Part shown: piece by piece, positions 17,470-26,884 of the stretch | Numbering within the stretch: position 1 is the stretch's first letter | Layout: each line of letters opens with the position of its first letter | Source: Candidatus Doudnabacteria bacterium | Lineage (GTDB): Bacteria > Patescibacteriota > Doudnabacteria > UBA920 > O2-02-FULL-48-8 | Length of the DNA: 64,000 nt | Direction: 5' to 3' | Assembly: GCA_037200925.1 (NCBI GenBank) | Contig: JBBCGO010000001.1 | Span: forward strand, 888,235 to 952,234 | Notes under the pieces: generated by a model | Databases searched by the model: none | What the model was told of the DNA's origin: nothing | The model's input: only the letters and a program-made list of their open reading frames with translations | Translations under genes and position numbers: made by a program

Positions 17470-17499
17470 TGCTCATGACTTTAGTCATGAGCATGCTCA
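17470..17499. repeat. Palindrome resembling an IS200/IS605-type hairpin
   Basis: TGCTCATGACT-TT-AGTCATGAGCA. Shares TTAGTCATGAGCATGCTCA with the palindrome at 37639-37662. Confidence 0.55.
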
Positions 17500-17534
17500 G
17501 TAGCAAAAAAAGAGCCAACCGCTTGCGCAGTTGG

Positions 17535-17843
17535 CTATTTGAACCCCAGGTCAGCCGCCTTCGACGGTCCGAGATGGACCATCAGTCCATGAGACCAGAG
17601 GACGTCACGTAGATCGTACAGCGATTTTCTTCCGAAATTGCCGACGCGCATGAGCTCGCCTTCGTCGGCGACCAGGATCTTGCGCAGGGACCACCCCGAC
17701 AAAGCTTGCTGTACGCGCAGGGGGAGTTCGGCCCGAATCTCGGCTTCCGTTGCTTTCGCTCCGATTTTCCGGATCCGTCCCGACAATCGTGCACGCCGTC
17801 CATGCAGTTCGGTTGCTGTTGGTTCGCTCCAGATCATTAACAC
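17535..17843 (-). CDS. Small protein with an RNA polymerase alpha-CTD-like (HhH) domain
   Basis: LPLRVQQAL...SLRKIL..DEGELMRVGNFGRKSLYDLRDVL resembles the alpha-CTD motif (L.VR..N.L ... ELL...NFG.KSL.EI...L). AGGAGG SD before the GTG start. Confidence 0.7.
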   Translation of the reverse strand: MLMIWSEPTATELHGRRARLSGRIRKIGAKATEAEIRAELPLRVQQALSGWSLRKILVADEGELMRVGNFGRKSLYDLRDVLWSHGLMVHLGPSKAADLGFK

Positions 17844-18021
17844 TGCCTCCTGTTGGCTTTTGAGGAGGTACCGAACTTTAAAGTCCGGAACCGCCTACTA
17901 TCAGAATAAGAGCAAGGTCCTATCTGTAATAACTAATTTTACTCATAGTTTTGTCATTTTGTCAATAGTTAAATAAACAAAAAAGACCCCGGACCAAGTC
18001 CGGGGCGGGGTGTATTAGGGA

Positions 18022-18927
18022 TTATTTCTCCATCTCTTCCAATCTTTTGATGCGTTCCTGAATAGGGGGGTGGGTGTCGAACAGGCGCGACAGGGCAGAA
18101 CCTGCCTGCCGGACATTGAGATTTTGTTTGAAAGGATTGACTATATAGAGGTGCGCCGTGGCATTATTAGCTTCTTCTAAAGGCTCGGTATCAGCCGCGA
18201 TTTTTTTGAGCGCCGAAGCCAAACCTTCCGGATAGCGCGTCAGCAAAGCGCCTGAGGCGTCAGCCAGATATTCGCGCTTGCGCGAAATTGCCAGTTGGAT
18301 CAGAGTTGCGGCGATGGGCGAGAGGATGGCTAGCACCAAACCGACTACCATAAAAATTACGCCGGCTTCACCTTCATTATTGCGGCGCCTGCCGCCGAAG
18401 AAACTGGCTCTCAACATCCAGTTGGACAAAAGCGAAACCACGCCAACCAGCACCACAATAATTGTTGAAAGCCGGATGTCATAATTACCGACATGCGACA
18501 GCTCGTGGGCGATCACGCCTTCCAGTTCCGGTTTGGTCAGTTTGCTTCGCAGTCCTGTCGTGATGCAGACCACGGCGTGCTTCGGGTCGCGGCCGGTGGC
18601 AAATGCATTGGGAGCCGTATCATCTATAAGATAGATTTTTGGTGTCGGCAGGCCCGCGGCGATGGCCAGGTTTTCAACTGTGTGGTAGAGCTCCGGATCA
18701 TCGGCGCGCTGGATCTGTTTTGCGTGCGACATGGAGAGAATGATCTTGTCCGAATAGAAATAACTGGTCAGGCTTAAGCCAACGGAAAAGATCACGGCGA
18801 TCGGCAAAATACCCGGCGAGTCAAAATACTGGCCGAAGAAGTAACCGAGCGCAATGATCAGAACCAAAAAGAATGTTATCAGTAGCGCTGTTTTGCGTTT
18901 GTTGGAAGAGATTTCAGAGTAGATCAT
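18022..18927 (-). CDS. htpX: Zinc metalloprotease HtpX (M48)
   Basis: PNAFATGR, AHELSH (HExxH), SRKREYLADA and FDTHPP motifs. Confidence 0.93.
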   Translation of the reverse strand: MIYSEISSNKRKTALLITFFLVLIIALGYFFGQYFDSPGILPIAVIFSVGLSLTSYFYSDKIILSMSHAKQIQRADDPELYHTVENLAIAAGLPTPKIYLIDDTAPNAFATGRDPKHAVVCITTGLRSKLTKPELEGVIAHELSHVGNYDIRLSTIIVVLVGVVSLLSNWMLRASFFGGRRRNNEGEAGVIFMVVGLVLAILSPIAATLIQLAISRKREYLADASGALLTRYPEGLASALKKIAADTEPLEEANNATAHLYIVNPFKQNLNVRQAGSALSRLFDTHPPIQERIKRLEEMEK

Positions 18928-19473
18928 TTAGAATTGCACATTCACCGGCTGCTGGATGGCCTTGTTGTCATCGTCAAAGAAAGTTTTGGCGGTAAACCCG
19001 AGCATGCCCGCAAACAGGTTTGATGGGAATGTCTGAATTTTGGTATTGTAGTCGCGGACGTTGCCGTTATAGAACCTTCTGGCCGCCTGAATCTTATCTT
19101 CAGTGTCGGTCAGATCTCCCTGCAGCTGCAGGAAATTCTGGTTGGCTTTCAGTTCCGGATAATTTTCCGCCACGGCGAACAAAGAGCGGATGGTCTGCGA
19201 CAGCTGGTTTTCAGCAGCTAGTTTCTGTCCGGGGGTCGGCGCTGCCATGGCAGTGGCGCGGGCAGCGGTAACCTTAGTAAACACGCCTTCCTCATGTTTG
19301 GCGTATCCTTTGACCGTGTTGACCAAATTCGGGATCAGGTCGTAGCGGCGTTTGAGCTGGACTTCTATGTCTGACCAGGCTTCGTCCACGCGATTGCGCG
19401 ACTGGACCAGGCCGTTGTAAATAGCAATACCGGCTACAACCAGCACGACAACGACAATTAGCAAATAAATCAT
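18928..19473 (-). CDS. lemA: LemA family protein
   Basis: YNGLV..RN.VDEAWS.I.VQLKRRYDLIPNLV, AENYPELKAN and ARRFYN motifs. Confidence 0.95.
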   Translation of the reverse strand: MIYLLIVVVVLVVAGIAIYNGLVQSRNRVDEAWSDIEVQLKRRYDLIPNLVNTVKGYAKHEEGVFTKVTAARATAMAAPTPGQKLAAENQLSQTIRSLFAVAENYPELKANQNFLQLQGDLTDTEDKIQAARRFYNGNVRDYNTKIQTFPSNLFAGMLGFTAKTFFDDDNKAIQQPVNVQF

Positions 19474-19536
19474 ATTTTTCTCCTTTCTCTATCTTATTAT
19501 AGATATGGTATAATAAATTATCAATAACCAGTAATT

Positions 19537-19821
19537 ATGGCAATTTCTATAGAAGAAGTCAACAGGATCGCAAAGCTGGCCCGCTTATCATTTAGCGAAG
19601 ACCAGAAACAAAAATTGCAGCAAGAGTTGTCGGCAATTCTGGATTACGTGGACCAGCTGAAAGAAGTGGAAGGCAGGGTCAGTCCCGAAGCTGCAGATCC
19701 GGGTGCGGTTAACCTGATGCGCAACGACGTGGCGCAGGAAACCGCGGCACCGGAAGATTTTTTGAAGCAAGCGCCGGCTCGAGAGGGAAATTTTATTAAA
19801 GTAAAGAGTGTTTTAGACTGA
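19537..19821 (+). CDS. gatC: Asp/Glu-tRNA amidotransferase subunit C
   Basis: EEV..IAKLARL, L..ILDYVDQL.EV and N.MR.D motifs. Upstream of gatA. Confidence 0.92.
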   Translation: MAISIEEVNRIAKLARLSFSEDQKQKLQQELSAILDYVDQLKEVEGRVSPEAADPGAVNLMRNDVAQETAAPEDFLKQAPAREGNFIKVKSVLD

Positions 19822-21269
19822 TGGAAATTCTTGACCTGACAGTTAAAACTGCTGCTGATTTGCTGGCGAATAAGAAAATTTCCGCTAAAGAATTGGCCCA
19901 ATTATCTTTGAAGCGAATTAAACAGATAGATGATAAATTGCATGCATTTTTGTATGTTGCGGAAAAAGAAGCACTGGCTTCCGCAGACAAAGCTGACGGC
20001 CTGATCGCAGATGGCGAGAATTTTTCGCTCACAGGGATCCCTTACGCGGCCAAGGACAATATTTTGGTAAAAGGACTTCAAGCTACCGCCGCTTCGAAAA
20101 TTTTGGAAAATTACAAAGCAACCTATGACGCTACGGTTATTAAGAAATTAAACGAAGAACAGCCGGTGCTCATGGGTAAAACCAATCTAGATGAATTTGC
20201 CATGGGTTCCTCGACCGAAAATTCAGCCTACGGGCCGACGAAAAATCCTTACGATCTCACCCGCGTGCCGGGCGGTTCCTCAGGCGGCTCCGCTGCCGCG
20301 GTTGCGTCCGGCGAAGTTCTGTTCGCACTCGGCACAGATACCGGCGGATCGGTCAGGCAGCCGGCCAGCTTTTGCGGGATCGTCGGTTTTAAGCCGACGT
20401 ACGGCCGCGCTTCCCGCTACGGTTTGATAGCTTTGGGATCCTCCCTGGATCAGGTCGGAGTGCTGGCCAAAACGGTTGAAGATACGGCAGCGGTTTTTGA
20501 GATTATTGCGGGACAGGATTCTTATGATTCCACATCATTGCCCAAGCCCGTGCCTGATTACGGCAGTTTTTTAAAAGAAGACATGAAGGGAATAAAAATC
20601 GGAATTCCAAAAGAATATTTCATTGACGGCTTAGATCCGGAGGTTGATGCGATCGTAAAGAACGCTGTAAAAAAAATGCAGGAGTTGGGAGCCGAGGTTT
20701 CTGAAATGAGCCTGCCGCATTCCTCGTACGCTTTGGCCTGCTATTATATTATTTTGCCGGTTGAAATTTCCGCAAATCTTTCCAGGTATGACGGCATCCG
20801 CTACGGCCTGTCAGCCGCCGGGAACAATTTGGAAGAAGTTTATTATAACACCCGGTCAAAGGGATTTGGCGCGGAACCCAAGCGCCGGATCATGATTGGC
20901 ACTTATGCATCTTCCGCCGGATATTTTGACGCTTATTACAAAAAAGCCAAACAGGCCCAACAGCTCATCCGCCGGGATTTTATCGATGCTTTTAAAAAAT
21001 TCGATCTGATCGTCACTCCCACAACCCCGGCTCCGGCCTTCAAGCTCGGCGAAAAAACCGATCCGCTTTCCATGTATCTGGCGGATATTTTTACCGTCGG
21101 ACTGAACATCGCTGGCGTGCCGGGAATTTCAATTCCGGCCGGAACCACAAAGGCAGGCCTCCCGGTCGGGGTCCAGCTTGTGGCCGACCACTTTGCGGAA
21201 GAAAAATTGTTTGGCGCCGCGTTTGCTCTAGAAAAATCTTTAAACTTATCATTAAAACCAAAAATATGA
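19821..21269 (+). CDS. gatA: Asp/Glu-tRNA amidotransferase subunit A
   Basis: Amidase signature GKTNLDEFAMGSSTENS, PGGSSGGSAA and GTDTGGSVRQPA. Confidence 0.96.
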   Translation: MEILDLTVKTAADLLANKKISAKELAQLSLKRIKQIDDKLHAFLYVAEKEALASADKADGLIADGENFSLTGIPYAAKDNILVKGLQATAASKILENYKATYDATVIKKLNEEQPVLMGKTNLDEFAMGSSTENSAYGPTKNPYDLTRVPGGSSGGSAAAVASGEVLFALGTDTGGSVRQPASFCGIVGFKPTYGRASRYGLIALGSSLDQVGVLAKTVEDTAAVFEIIAGQDSYDSTSLPKPVPDYGSFLKEDMKGIKIGIPKEYFIDGLDPEVDAIVKNAVKKMQELGAEVSEMSLPHSSYALACYYIILPVEISANLSRYDGIRYGLSAAGNNLEEVYYNTRSKGFGAEPKRRIMIGTYASSAGYFDAYYKKAKQAQQLIRRDFIDAFKKFDLIVTPTTPAPAFKLGEKTDPLSMYLADIFTVGLNIAGVPGISIPAGTTKAGLPVGVQLVADHFAEEKLFGAAFALEKSLNLSLKPKI

Positions 21270-21670
21270 AAAAGAAAATTTTTGTTTTGATATTTATTTT
21301 CACTCTGACGGCCCCATTGCTTGCCGCTGCCGCTCCATGCTCTGTTAACGTAAATAATAACCCGCCGCTTACACCCAAGGACTTGCCGATATGCGTTAAT
21401 CAGATCTATATCTGGTCGCTCGGCATTTCGGCCCTTTTGGCCATGCTGATCCTGGTTATAGGCGGATATTACTACATGACAGCTTCCGGGAATGCCGAGC
21501 AATCGGGTAAGGGGATTCAAATGATCTGGTCGGCTGTTATTGGTTTGGGGCTTTTGTTCGCTGCCTATTTATTGCTGCATACTATCAATCCGGATCTGGT
21601 TAATTTTCCGGTAAATTCGTTAAATACAATTAATCAGCCTCAGCCAGGGCCCCGTCAAACGCCCCAATAA
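21266..21670 (+). CDS. CPR-type pilin (TrbC/VirB2-like)
   Basis: Signal peptide, then IY.W.L.I..LLA.L..VIGG..YMTA.GN.E....G...IW.A.IGL.LL..AYLLL.TINPDLV. Confidence 0.75.
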   Translation: MKKKIFVLIFIFTLTAPLLAAAAPCSVNVNNNPPLTPKDLPICVNQIYIWSLGISALLAMLILVIGGYYYMTASGNAEQSGKGIQMIWSAVIGLGLLFAAYLLLHTINPDLVNFPVNSLNTINQPQPGPRQTPQ

Positions 21671-21671
21671 A

Positions 21672-23150
21672 ATGATCAAGGATTACGAACCGGTTATTGG
21701 ATTGGAAGTCCACGTACAATTGAAAACTTCCAGCAAAATGTTTTGTCGCTCCAAAAATGCCGAAGCTGATCAGCCGAATATTCATATTTGCGAAGTTTGC
21801 ACAGGACAGCCGGGGACATTGCCGGTGATCAACGAAGAAGCTGTGAAGAAAGCCGTAATGGTCGGCCTGGCTTTGAACTGTAACATCGCCGAGTATTCAA
21901 AATTCGACCGCAAGAATTATTTTTATCCGGATCTTCCCAAGGGTTACCAGATATCGCAATTTGATATGCCCATAAACGGCCGCGGGCAAATGAAACTGGC
22001 GGTAAACGGAGAAACCCGGACAATAGGCATCACACGCGCTCATTTGGAAGAAGATGCGGGCAAGCTCGTGCATCCGCCGGGCGCAAACTACAGTTTGGTG
22101 GATTATAACCGCGCCGGGACGCCGCTTCTTGAGATAGTCTCTGAGCCGGACATCCGCAGTTCAGAAGAAGCCAGGCATTATTTACAGGAACTGCAAAACC
22201 TAATGCGTTATTTGAATGTTTCGGATGCTGATATGGAGAAGGGGCATTTGCGATGCGATGCCAATATTTCCCTGCGGAAAAAAGGGGAAAAAGGATTTCC
22301 GCCGTATAAAGTTGAGATCAAGAATATGAATTCTTTTAAATCCGTGGCATCAGCAATTGAATTTGAGATCAGGCGGCAAACGGAAATTTTGGATGGAGGA
22401 GAAATTCCAAAATTGGAAACCCGCGGCTGGGCGGATGACAAAGCAATTACGGTTTCCCAGCGGTCAAAAGAGGAGTCGCAGGACTACAGATATTTTCCGG
22501 AGCCGGACCTGCCGGTTTTGCATTTTACCAAAGATTATTTGTCCGGGTTGAAGCGGGAATTGCCGGAACTGCCGAAAGCCAGAAAGCAAAGGTTTATCAG
22601 CGAATTTGGTTTGGCCGAAAAAGACGCGCAGACTTTGGTTTCATACAAAGAACTGGCAGAATATTTTGAACATGTCGCAACCGAACTGGCCGAATGGTTT
22701 GAAGCCGAGCACGTGAAAGATGCCGGCAATAGCGGGCAGACGGTGGCGAATTGGGTTTTGGGGCCGTTTTTGGCGGCTATCAATGAACATAACTTGCTTC
22801 CGCGGGACTCAAAGGTCACTGAAGAAAATTTTGCGGAACTGATCAAGATGATCCGGCAGGGGAAAGTTTCTAATCTTGCAGCCAAGGATGTATTTGCCAA
22901 AATGTTCGAGACCGGCGAGGATCCGCACGTCATCCTGGACCAGCTGGGGCTTCACCAGGTTTCCGATGAATCGGTAATTTTGGAAGCCGTAAAAAAGACA
23001 ATTTCAGAAAATCCCAAAGGAGTTGCGGATGCTAGGACAAAAGGCGACAAAGCTTTAGGTTTTTTGATCGGGCAGGTTATGAAGGAATTGAAAGGAAAAG
23101 GCAATCCGCAGATTATCAATGAAATTTTGAAAAGAGAATTAAAAATTTAA
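21672..23150 (+). CDS. gatB: Asp/Glu-tRNA amidotransferase subunit B
   Basis: YEPVIGLEVHVQL, FDRKNYFYPDLPKGYQISQ and DYRYFPEPDLP motifs. Confidence 0.96.
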   Translation: MIKDYEPVIGLEVHVQLKTSSKMFCRSKNAEADQPNIHICEVCTGQPGTLPVINEEAVKKAVMVGLALNCNIAEYSKFDRKNYFYPDLPKGYQISQFDMPINGRGQMKLAVNGETRTIGITRAHLEEDAGKLVHPPGANYSLVDYNRAGTPLLEIVSEPDIRSSEEARHYLQELQNLMRYLNVSDADMEKGHLRCDANISLRKKGEKGFPPYKVEIKNMNSFKSVASAIEFEIRRQTEILDGGEIPKLETRGWADDKAITVSQRSKEESQDYRYFPEPDLPVLHFTKDYLSGLKRELPELPKARKQRFISEFGLAEKDAQTLVSYKELAEYFEHVATELAEWFEAEHVKDAGNSGQTVANWVLGPFLAAINEHNLLPRDSKVTEENFAELIKMIRQGKVSNLAAKDVFAKMFETGEDPHVILDQLGLHQVSDESVILEAVKKTISENPKGVADARTKGDKALGFLIGQVMKELKGKGNPQIINEILKRELKI

Positions 23151-23151
23151 T

Positions 23152-23739
23152 ATGAAAGAGTATTTAGTATCATTTGATAATATCCGCCTGGAACATAAGC
23201 TGACTGATGAAGAAAAAGCCGAAAAAGTTGAGGTTTTTTTGCGCTATTACCTGATCACAACCGCGGACCAGATACGGCTGACCCAGAGGATCCAAAAAGT
23301 ATATAATCCGTTCAGTTTTAAAAATTTCAGCTGGGGGAAGAAATTCGGAGGCGATGATGACCCTAAATTCCAAAAAACCCTGGCCAGCCTGAAAGATGAT
23401 TTTATAAAAAAAGAGACTGATGAAAAGCTTTATCATCTGGATCAGGGTGAGGGAAAAATATTTAACCACTACTATTACAGGCTATCTCCCAAGATCATAG
23501 AGATGATAAAAAAATCAACCCTGATCTGGCTGCATTATTATACCGAGAAAACTTATGAGCCTTTTTATGGTTTTGAAGACCCGAGTTTTTATAAAGAAGG
23601 CAGACTGGTCGCCCATGTCGTCAGCCATGAGAATTATGTTCATTTATTCTTAGACGAAGATATCGCATATAATTTTATGAGACGTCTGAGTGTGGAATTT
23701 CATGATATAACCAGTCAAAATATAAAAAGCTTAAAATAA
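23152..23739 (+). CDS. Hypothetical protein
   Basis: 195-aa AT-rich ORF directly after gatB, with a C-terminal FEDPSFY.....V.HVVSHE motif. Confidence 0.7.
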   Translation: MKEYLVSFDNIRLEHKLTDEEKAEKVEVFLRYYLITTADQIRLTQRIQKVYNPFSFKNFSWGKKFGGDDDPKFQKTLASLKDDFIKKETDEKLYHLDQGEGKIFNHYYYRLSPKIIEMIKKSTLIWLHYYTEKTYEPFYGFEDPSFYKEGRLVAHVVSHENYVHLFLDEDIAYNFMRRLSVEFHDITSQNIKSLK

Positions 23740-24630
23740 TCAGGCTGACAGGTATTTTCTAACAAGCCGTTCGGCTTGTTTTTGATTTTTGATCCAATGA
23801 ATGCGGCTGTCGGTCTTAAACCAGGTCGTCTGGCGTCTGGCGAATTTGTGAATTGCTGATTTGAGCTGTTCAATCATCTGCCCGTAGGTTAAGTAGCCTT
23901 GCAGGTATAAAGAAACAAAGCGATATTCCAGGCCCATTTCTTGCAGACGTTTGTGAGCAACTTTTTGCTTAAGAAGTTTTTTGACTTCGAAGACCAGTCC
24001 TTGTTTAAAGCGGTTTTCTAAACGCTCGTCGATCAGTTTATACAGTTTTGGCAAATCTTTTTTTAAACCGAGTAAAAGAGATCCTGAACCAAGTTCAGGA
24101 TGACGCAATGGCGGCACCGGCTTCCCCGTGGACTTAATGATCTCAATGGCACGGATGAGGCGGCGCGGGTTCTGGCGGTCAATATTCATAGCGCGCCGGG
24201 GATCCAGTTTTTTCAGGATCTTAAAAAGTTCGGCAGGTGTTTTTTTATTCAATCGGTTGCGTAATTTGAAATTGGGCTTAACCCCGGGAATCTGCAAGTC
24301 GTCGATTGTGGCGTAAATATAGAAAGGCGTGCCGCCGACCAGAAACGGCAGTTTATTTTTTTCCCTGATCTGTTTGATCGCCTTTAAAGCCTTTGGTTTG
24401 AAATCCGCTACGGTGAATTGTGTTTTGGGCGAAGCAACATCAAGCAGGTGATGACGGACTTGCTTTTGTTCTTTTTTCGTGACCTTGCCCGTGCCGATGT
24501 CCATGCCTTTATAGACTTGTCTGGAATCTGCCGAAATTATCTCGCCTTGGAATTTTTGAGCAAGTTTAATTGCCAGGCTTGATTTGCCCGAGGAGGTGGG
24601 ACCCAGAATGACTACCAATCCGGGCTTCAT
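23740..24630 (-). CDS. miaA: tRNA dimethylallyltransferase MiaA
   Basis: GPTSSGKS, IISADSRQVY.GMDIGTGK, VGGTPFY and FARRQ.TWF motifs. Confidence 0.95.
   Translation of the reverse strand: MKPGLVVILGPTSSGKSSLAIKLAQKFQGEIISADSRQVYKGMDIGTGKVTKKEQKQVRHHLLDVASPKTQFTVADFKPKALKAIKQIREKNKLPFLVGGTPFYIYATIDDLQIPGVKPNFKLRNRLNKKTPAELFKILKKLDPRRAMNIDRQNPRRLIRAIEIIKSTGKPVPPLRHPELGSGSLLLGLKKDLPKLYKLIDERLENRFKQGLVFEVKKLLKQKVAHKRLQEMGLEYRFVSLYLQGYLTYGQMIEQLKSAIHKFARRQTTWFKTDSRIHWIKNQKQAERLVRKYLSA
24079..24105. repeat. RPE-like half palindrome inside miaA
   Basis: AGATCCTGAACCAAGTTCAGGATGAC, nearly identical to 12823-12848. Encodes RHPELGSGS in MiaA. Confidence 0.75.
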
Positions 24631-24764
24631 TATTTTTTCTTGGCGATTTTAAGACCCGCAAACTTGGAAGGTTTGCGCAGTGATAATCCATGCACCCGCA
24701 TTCGCGGGCGCTTTTTTATTTCTCTTTTTTCTGCTTTGAGATTGTGTTCGGTTTTTTGTCTCAT
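24630..24764 (-). CDS. Small basic protein (44 aa)
   Basis: MRQKTEHNLKAEKREIKKRPRMRVHGLSLRKPSKFAGLKIAKKK. Its stop overlaps the miaA start. Confidence 0.6.
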   Translation of the reverse strand: MRQKTEHNLKAEKREIKKRPRMRVHGLSLRKPSKFAGLKIAKKK

Positions 24765-24793
24765 ATTTGATATGATACGAGTCTGGAGGATCA

Positions 24794-25054
24794 ATGGAGG
24801 ATCAGCCTGAGAATAAGGTGCAAGACTGCTGTTTATTTTGCTTCCGGCCAATCCCTCAGGAATCAGTGGAATCGATCAGTACTCCTAACGGGGTTTTCTG
24901 CAACTTCGGCCATCAGGTGAAACTCGCAGGCTACCTCTATATCTGCGAACTGGCGACAAAGGAGTCGCAGAAGTATCCAAAACACGAGGTAGACTTCGGG
25001 CTCGCGAATGCATATTTGATCGAAATGCTTGCCGCTTCTAAGGCCAAAGCCTAG
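24794..25054 (+). CDS. Hypothetical Cys-rich protein (ORFan)
   Basis: GGAGG SD 4 nt upstream, CxxC and FCxxxH motifs. Confidence 0.55.
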   Translation: MEDQPENKVQDCCLFCFRPIPQESVESISTPNGVFCNFGHQVKLAGYLYICELATKESQKYPKHEVDFGLANAYLIEMLAASKAKA

Positions 25055-25065
25055 CAGCGGTTTTT

Positions 25066-26874
25066 TTATTCGCGATTTTGAATTTCACCGGAAACTTTTT
25101 TGATGAACTTATCCGTTTTCATCGCACCCAGATCTTTCTGATTCCGGGCGCGGACAGCAACGGACTTTGCCGCAACTTCTTTTTCCCCCACGATCAGCAT
25201 ATAAGGGACTTTTTCCATTTCCGCATCGCGGATCTTTTTGCCCACGGATTCATTTCGGTCATCGAGTTCCACCCGGATCCCGTTTTCTTTTAACTCTTTC
25301 AAAACCGTCTCGGCGTATTTATTTTGTTTCTCTGTGATTGGCAGGATTTTTACCTGGACAGGGGAGAGCCATACAGGAAAGGCGCCCGCATAGTGCTCGA
25401 TCAGGATGCCGATGAATCTTTCAAGCGAGCCGTAGATCACGCGGTGAATTGCAACCGGAGTTTTTTTTGTTCCATCCGCGGCCGTATATTCAAGTTTGAA
25501 CCTTAACGGCTGCTGGAAATCTAATTGGATCGTACCCATCTGCCATTGCCGTCCTATCGCATCTTTCATTAAAATATCGACTTTAGGGCCGTAAAAAGCA
25601 CCATCTTTTTCTGCTATGGTAAATTTTTGGACGCTTTTTTTAAGAACATCTTTAAGAGTTTTTTCCGCTTTGTCCCAAGTTTTGATGTCACCCATAAAAT
25701 TATCCGGCCGAGTTCCTATTCGAAATGAATATTCCAGGCCAAAGATCGAATAAAATTTTTCAACTATTTCAAATATTTCTTCGTATTCTTGTCCGATCTG
25801 GTCCTCGCTCACAAAACAATGCGCATCATCCTGCCTGAATTCTCGAACACGCAACAAGCCGTTCAGCGCTCCCGAAATCTCATTTCGATGCAATGTATCC
25901 GTGTCGGATAAGCGCAGCGGCAGATCTTTGTAACTTCTGAGCTGGGATCCAAAAACAACCATGGCATTCGGGCAGTTCATCGGCTTCAGGGCGTATTCTT
26001 CGTTGTCTTTTGTTTTAACAACAAACATATCTTCCCAATAATGTTCGTAGTGGCCGGAAGTTTGATAAAGCTCTTTTTTATTCAGAAGAGGGGATACGAT
26101 CTCTTGATAGTTGCGCTTGCTGTGTTCAAAGCGCCAAAAGTTGACCAGTTCGTTGTACATGATCACACCTTTGGGCAGCCAATAAGGCATGCCCGGAGAA
26201 GTGTGGTGGAACATGAACAACCCTAATTTAGGTCCTAATTTTTTATGGTCCCGTTTTTCCGCTTCTTCCTGCATTTTTAAGTATTCTTCCAAATGCAACT
26301 TAGTTGCAAATGCTAATCCGTAGATCCTTTGCATCTGCGGATTTTTTTGGTCCCCGCGCCAGTAGGCGCCGGAGATTTTAGAAAGTTTGAAACTTTGCGG
26401 ATCTATCTCGGAAGTATTTTCCACGTGTCCGCCGCGGCACAGGTCAGTGAATTTTCCGGTTTTATACAAACTGACCTTTTCAACTTTTTCGCTTGATTTT
26501 TTTTCACCGGCTAAACTTGCCTCGGAGTTTAAAATTTTATCAGCTTCGGTCGTGCCAAACTTCTCAATATCTTTGATCAGTTCGATCTTAAACGGCTGAT
26601 GAGCTTGATCAAAATAAGTTTTGGCTTCGTGAGTAGTCAATTCCTGCCGTTCGAAAGGGAGTTTTGATTTGACCAGTTCGCGCATGCGTTTTTCGATTTT
26701 CGCAATATCCTCGGGAGTCAGGGGGCGGGGGAGCAGGAAATCGTAAAAGAAACCGTTCTCGATCACAGGCCCGACGCCTAACTGGGCTTTCGGGAACATT
26801 TCGATCACAGCACTGGCTAAAATGTGAGCGAGCGAATGGCGGATGTTATGCAATTTTTCATCACTGATTTTCAT
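25066..26874 (-). CDS. thrS: Threonine--tRNA ligase
   Basis: RHSLAH, DLCRGGH, RDHKKLG, KPMNCP, GLLRVREF.QDDAH, GAFYGPK and IHR.IYGSLERF motifs. Confidence 0.97.
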   Translation of the reverse strand: MKISDEKLHNIRHSLAHILASAVIEMFPKAQLGVGPVIENGFFYDFLLPRPLTPEDIAKIEKRMRELVKSKLPFERQELTTHEAKTYFDQAHQPFKIELIKDIEKFGTTEADKILNSEASLAGEKKSSEKVEKVSLYKTGKFTDLCRGGHVENTSEIDPQSFKLSKISGAYWRGDQKNPQMQRIYGLAFATKLHLEEYLKMQEEAEKRDHKKLGPKLGLFMFHHTSPGMPYWLPKGVIMYNELVNFWRFEHSKRNYQEIVSPLLNKKELYQTSGHYEHYWEDMFVVKTKDNEEYALKPMNCPNAMVVFGSQLRSYKDLPLRLSDTDTLHRNEISGALNGLLRVREFRQDDAHCFVSEDQIGQEYEEIFEIVEKFYSIFGLEYSFRIGTRPDNFMGDIKTWDKAEKTLKDVLKKSVQKFTIAEKDGAFYGPKVDILMKDAIGRQWQMGTIQLDFQQPLRFKLEYTAADGTKKTPVAIHRVIYGSLERFIGILIEHYAGAFPVWLSPVQVKILPITEKQNKYAETVLKELKENGIRVELDDRNESVGKKIRDAEMEKVPYMLIVGEKEVAAKSVAVRARNQKDLGAMKTDKFIKKVSGEIQNRE

Positions 26875-26884
26875 AGATTTTGGT

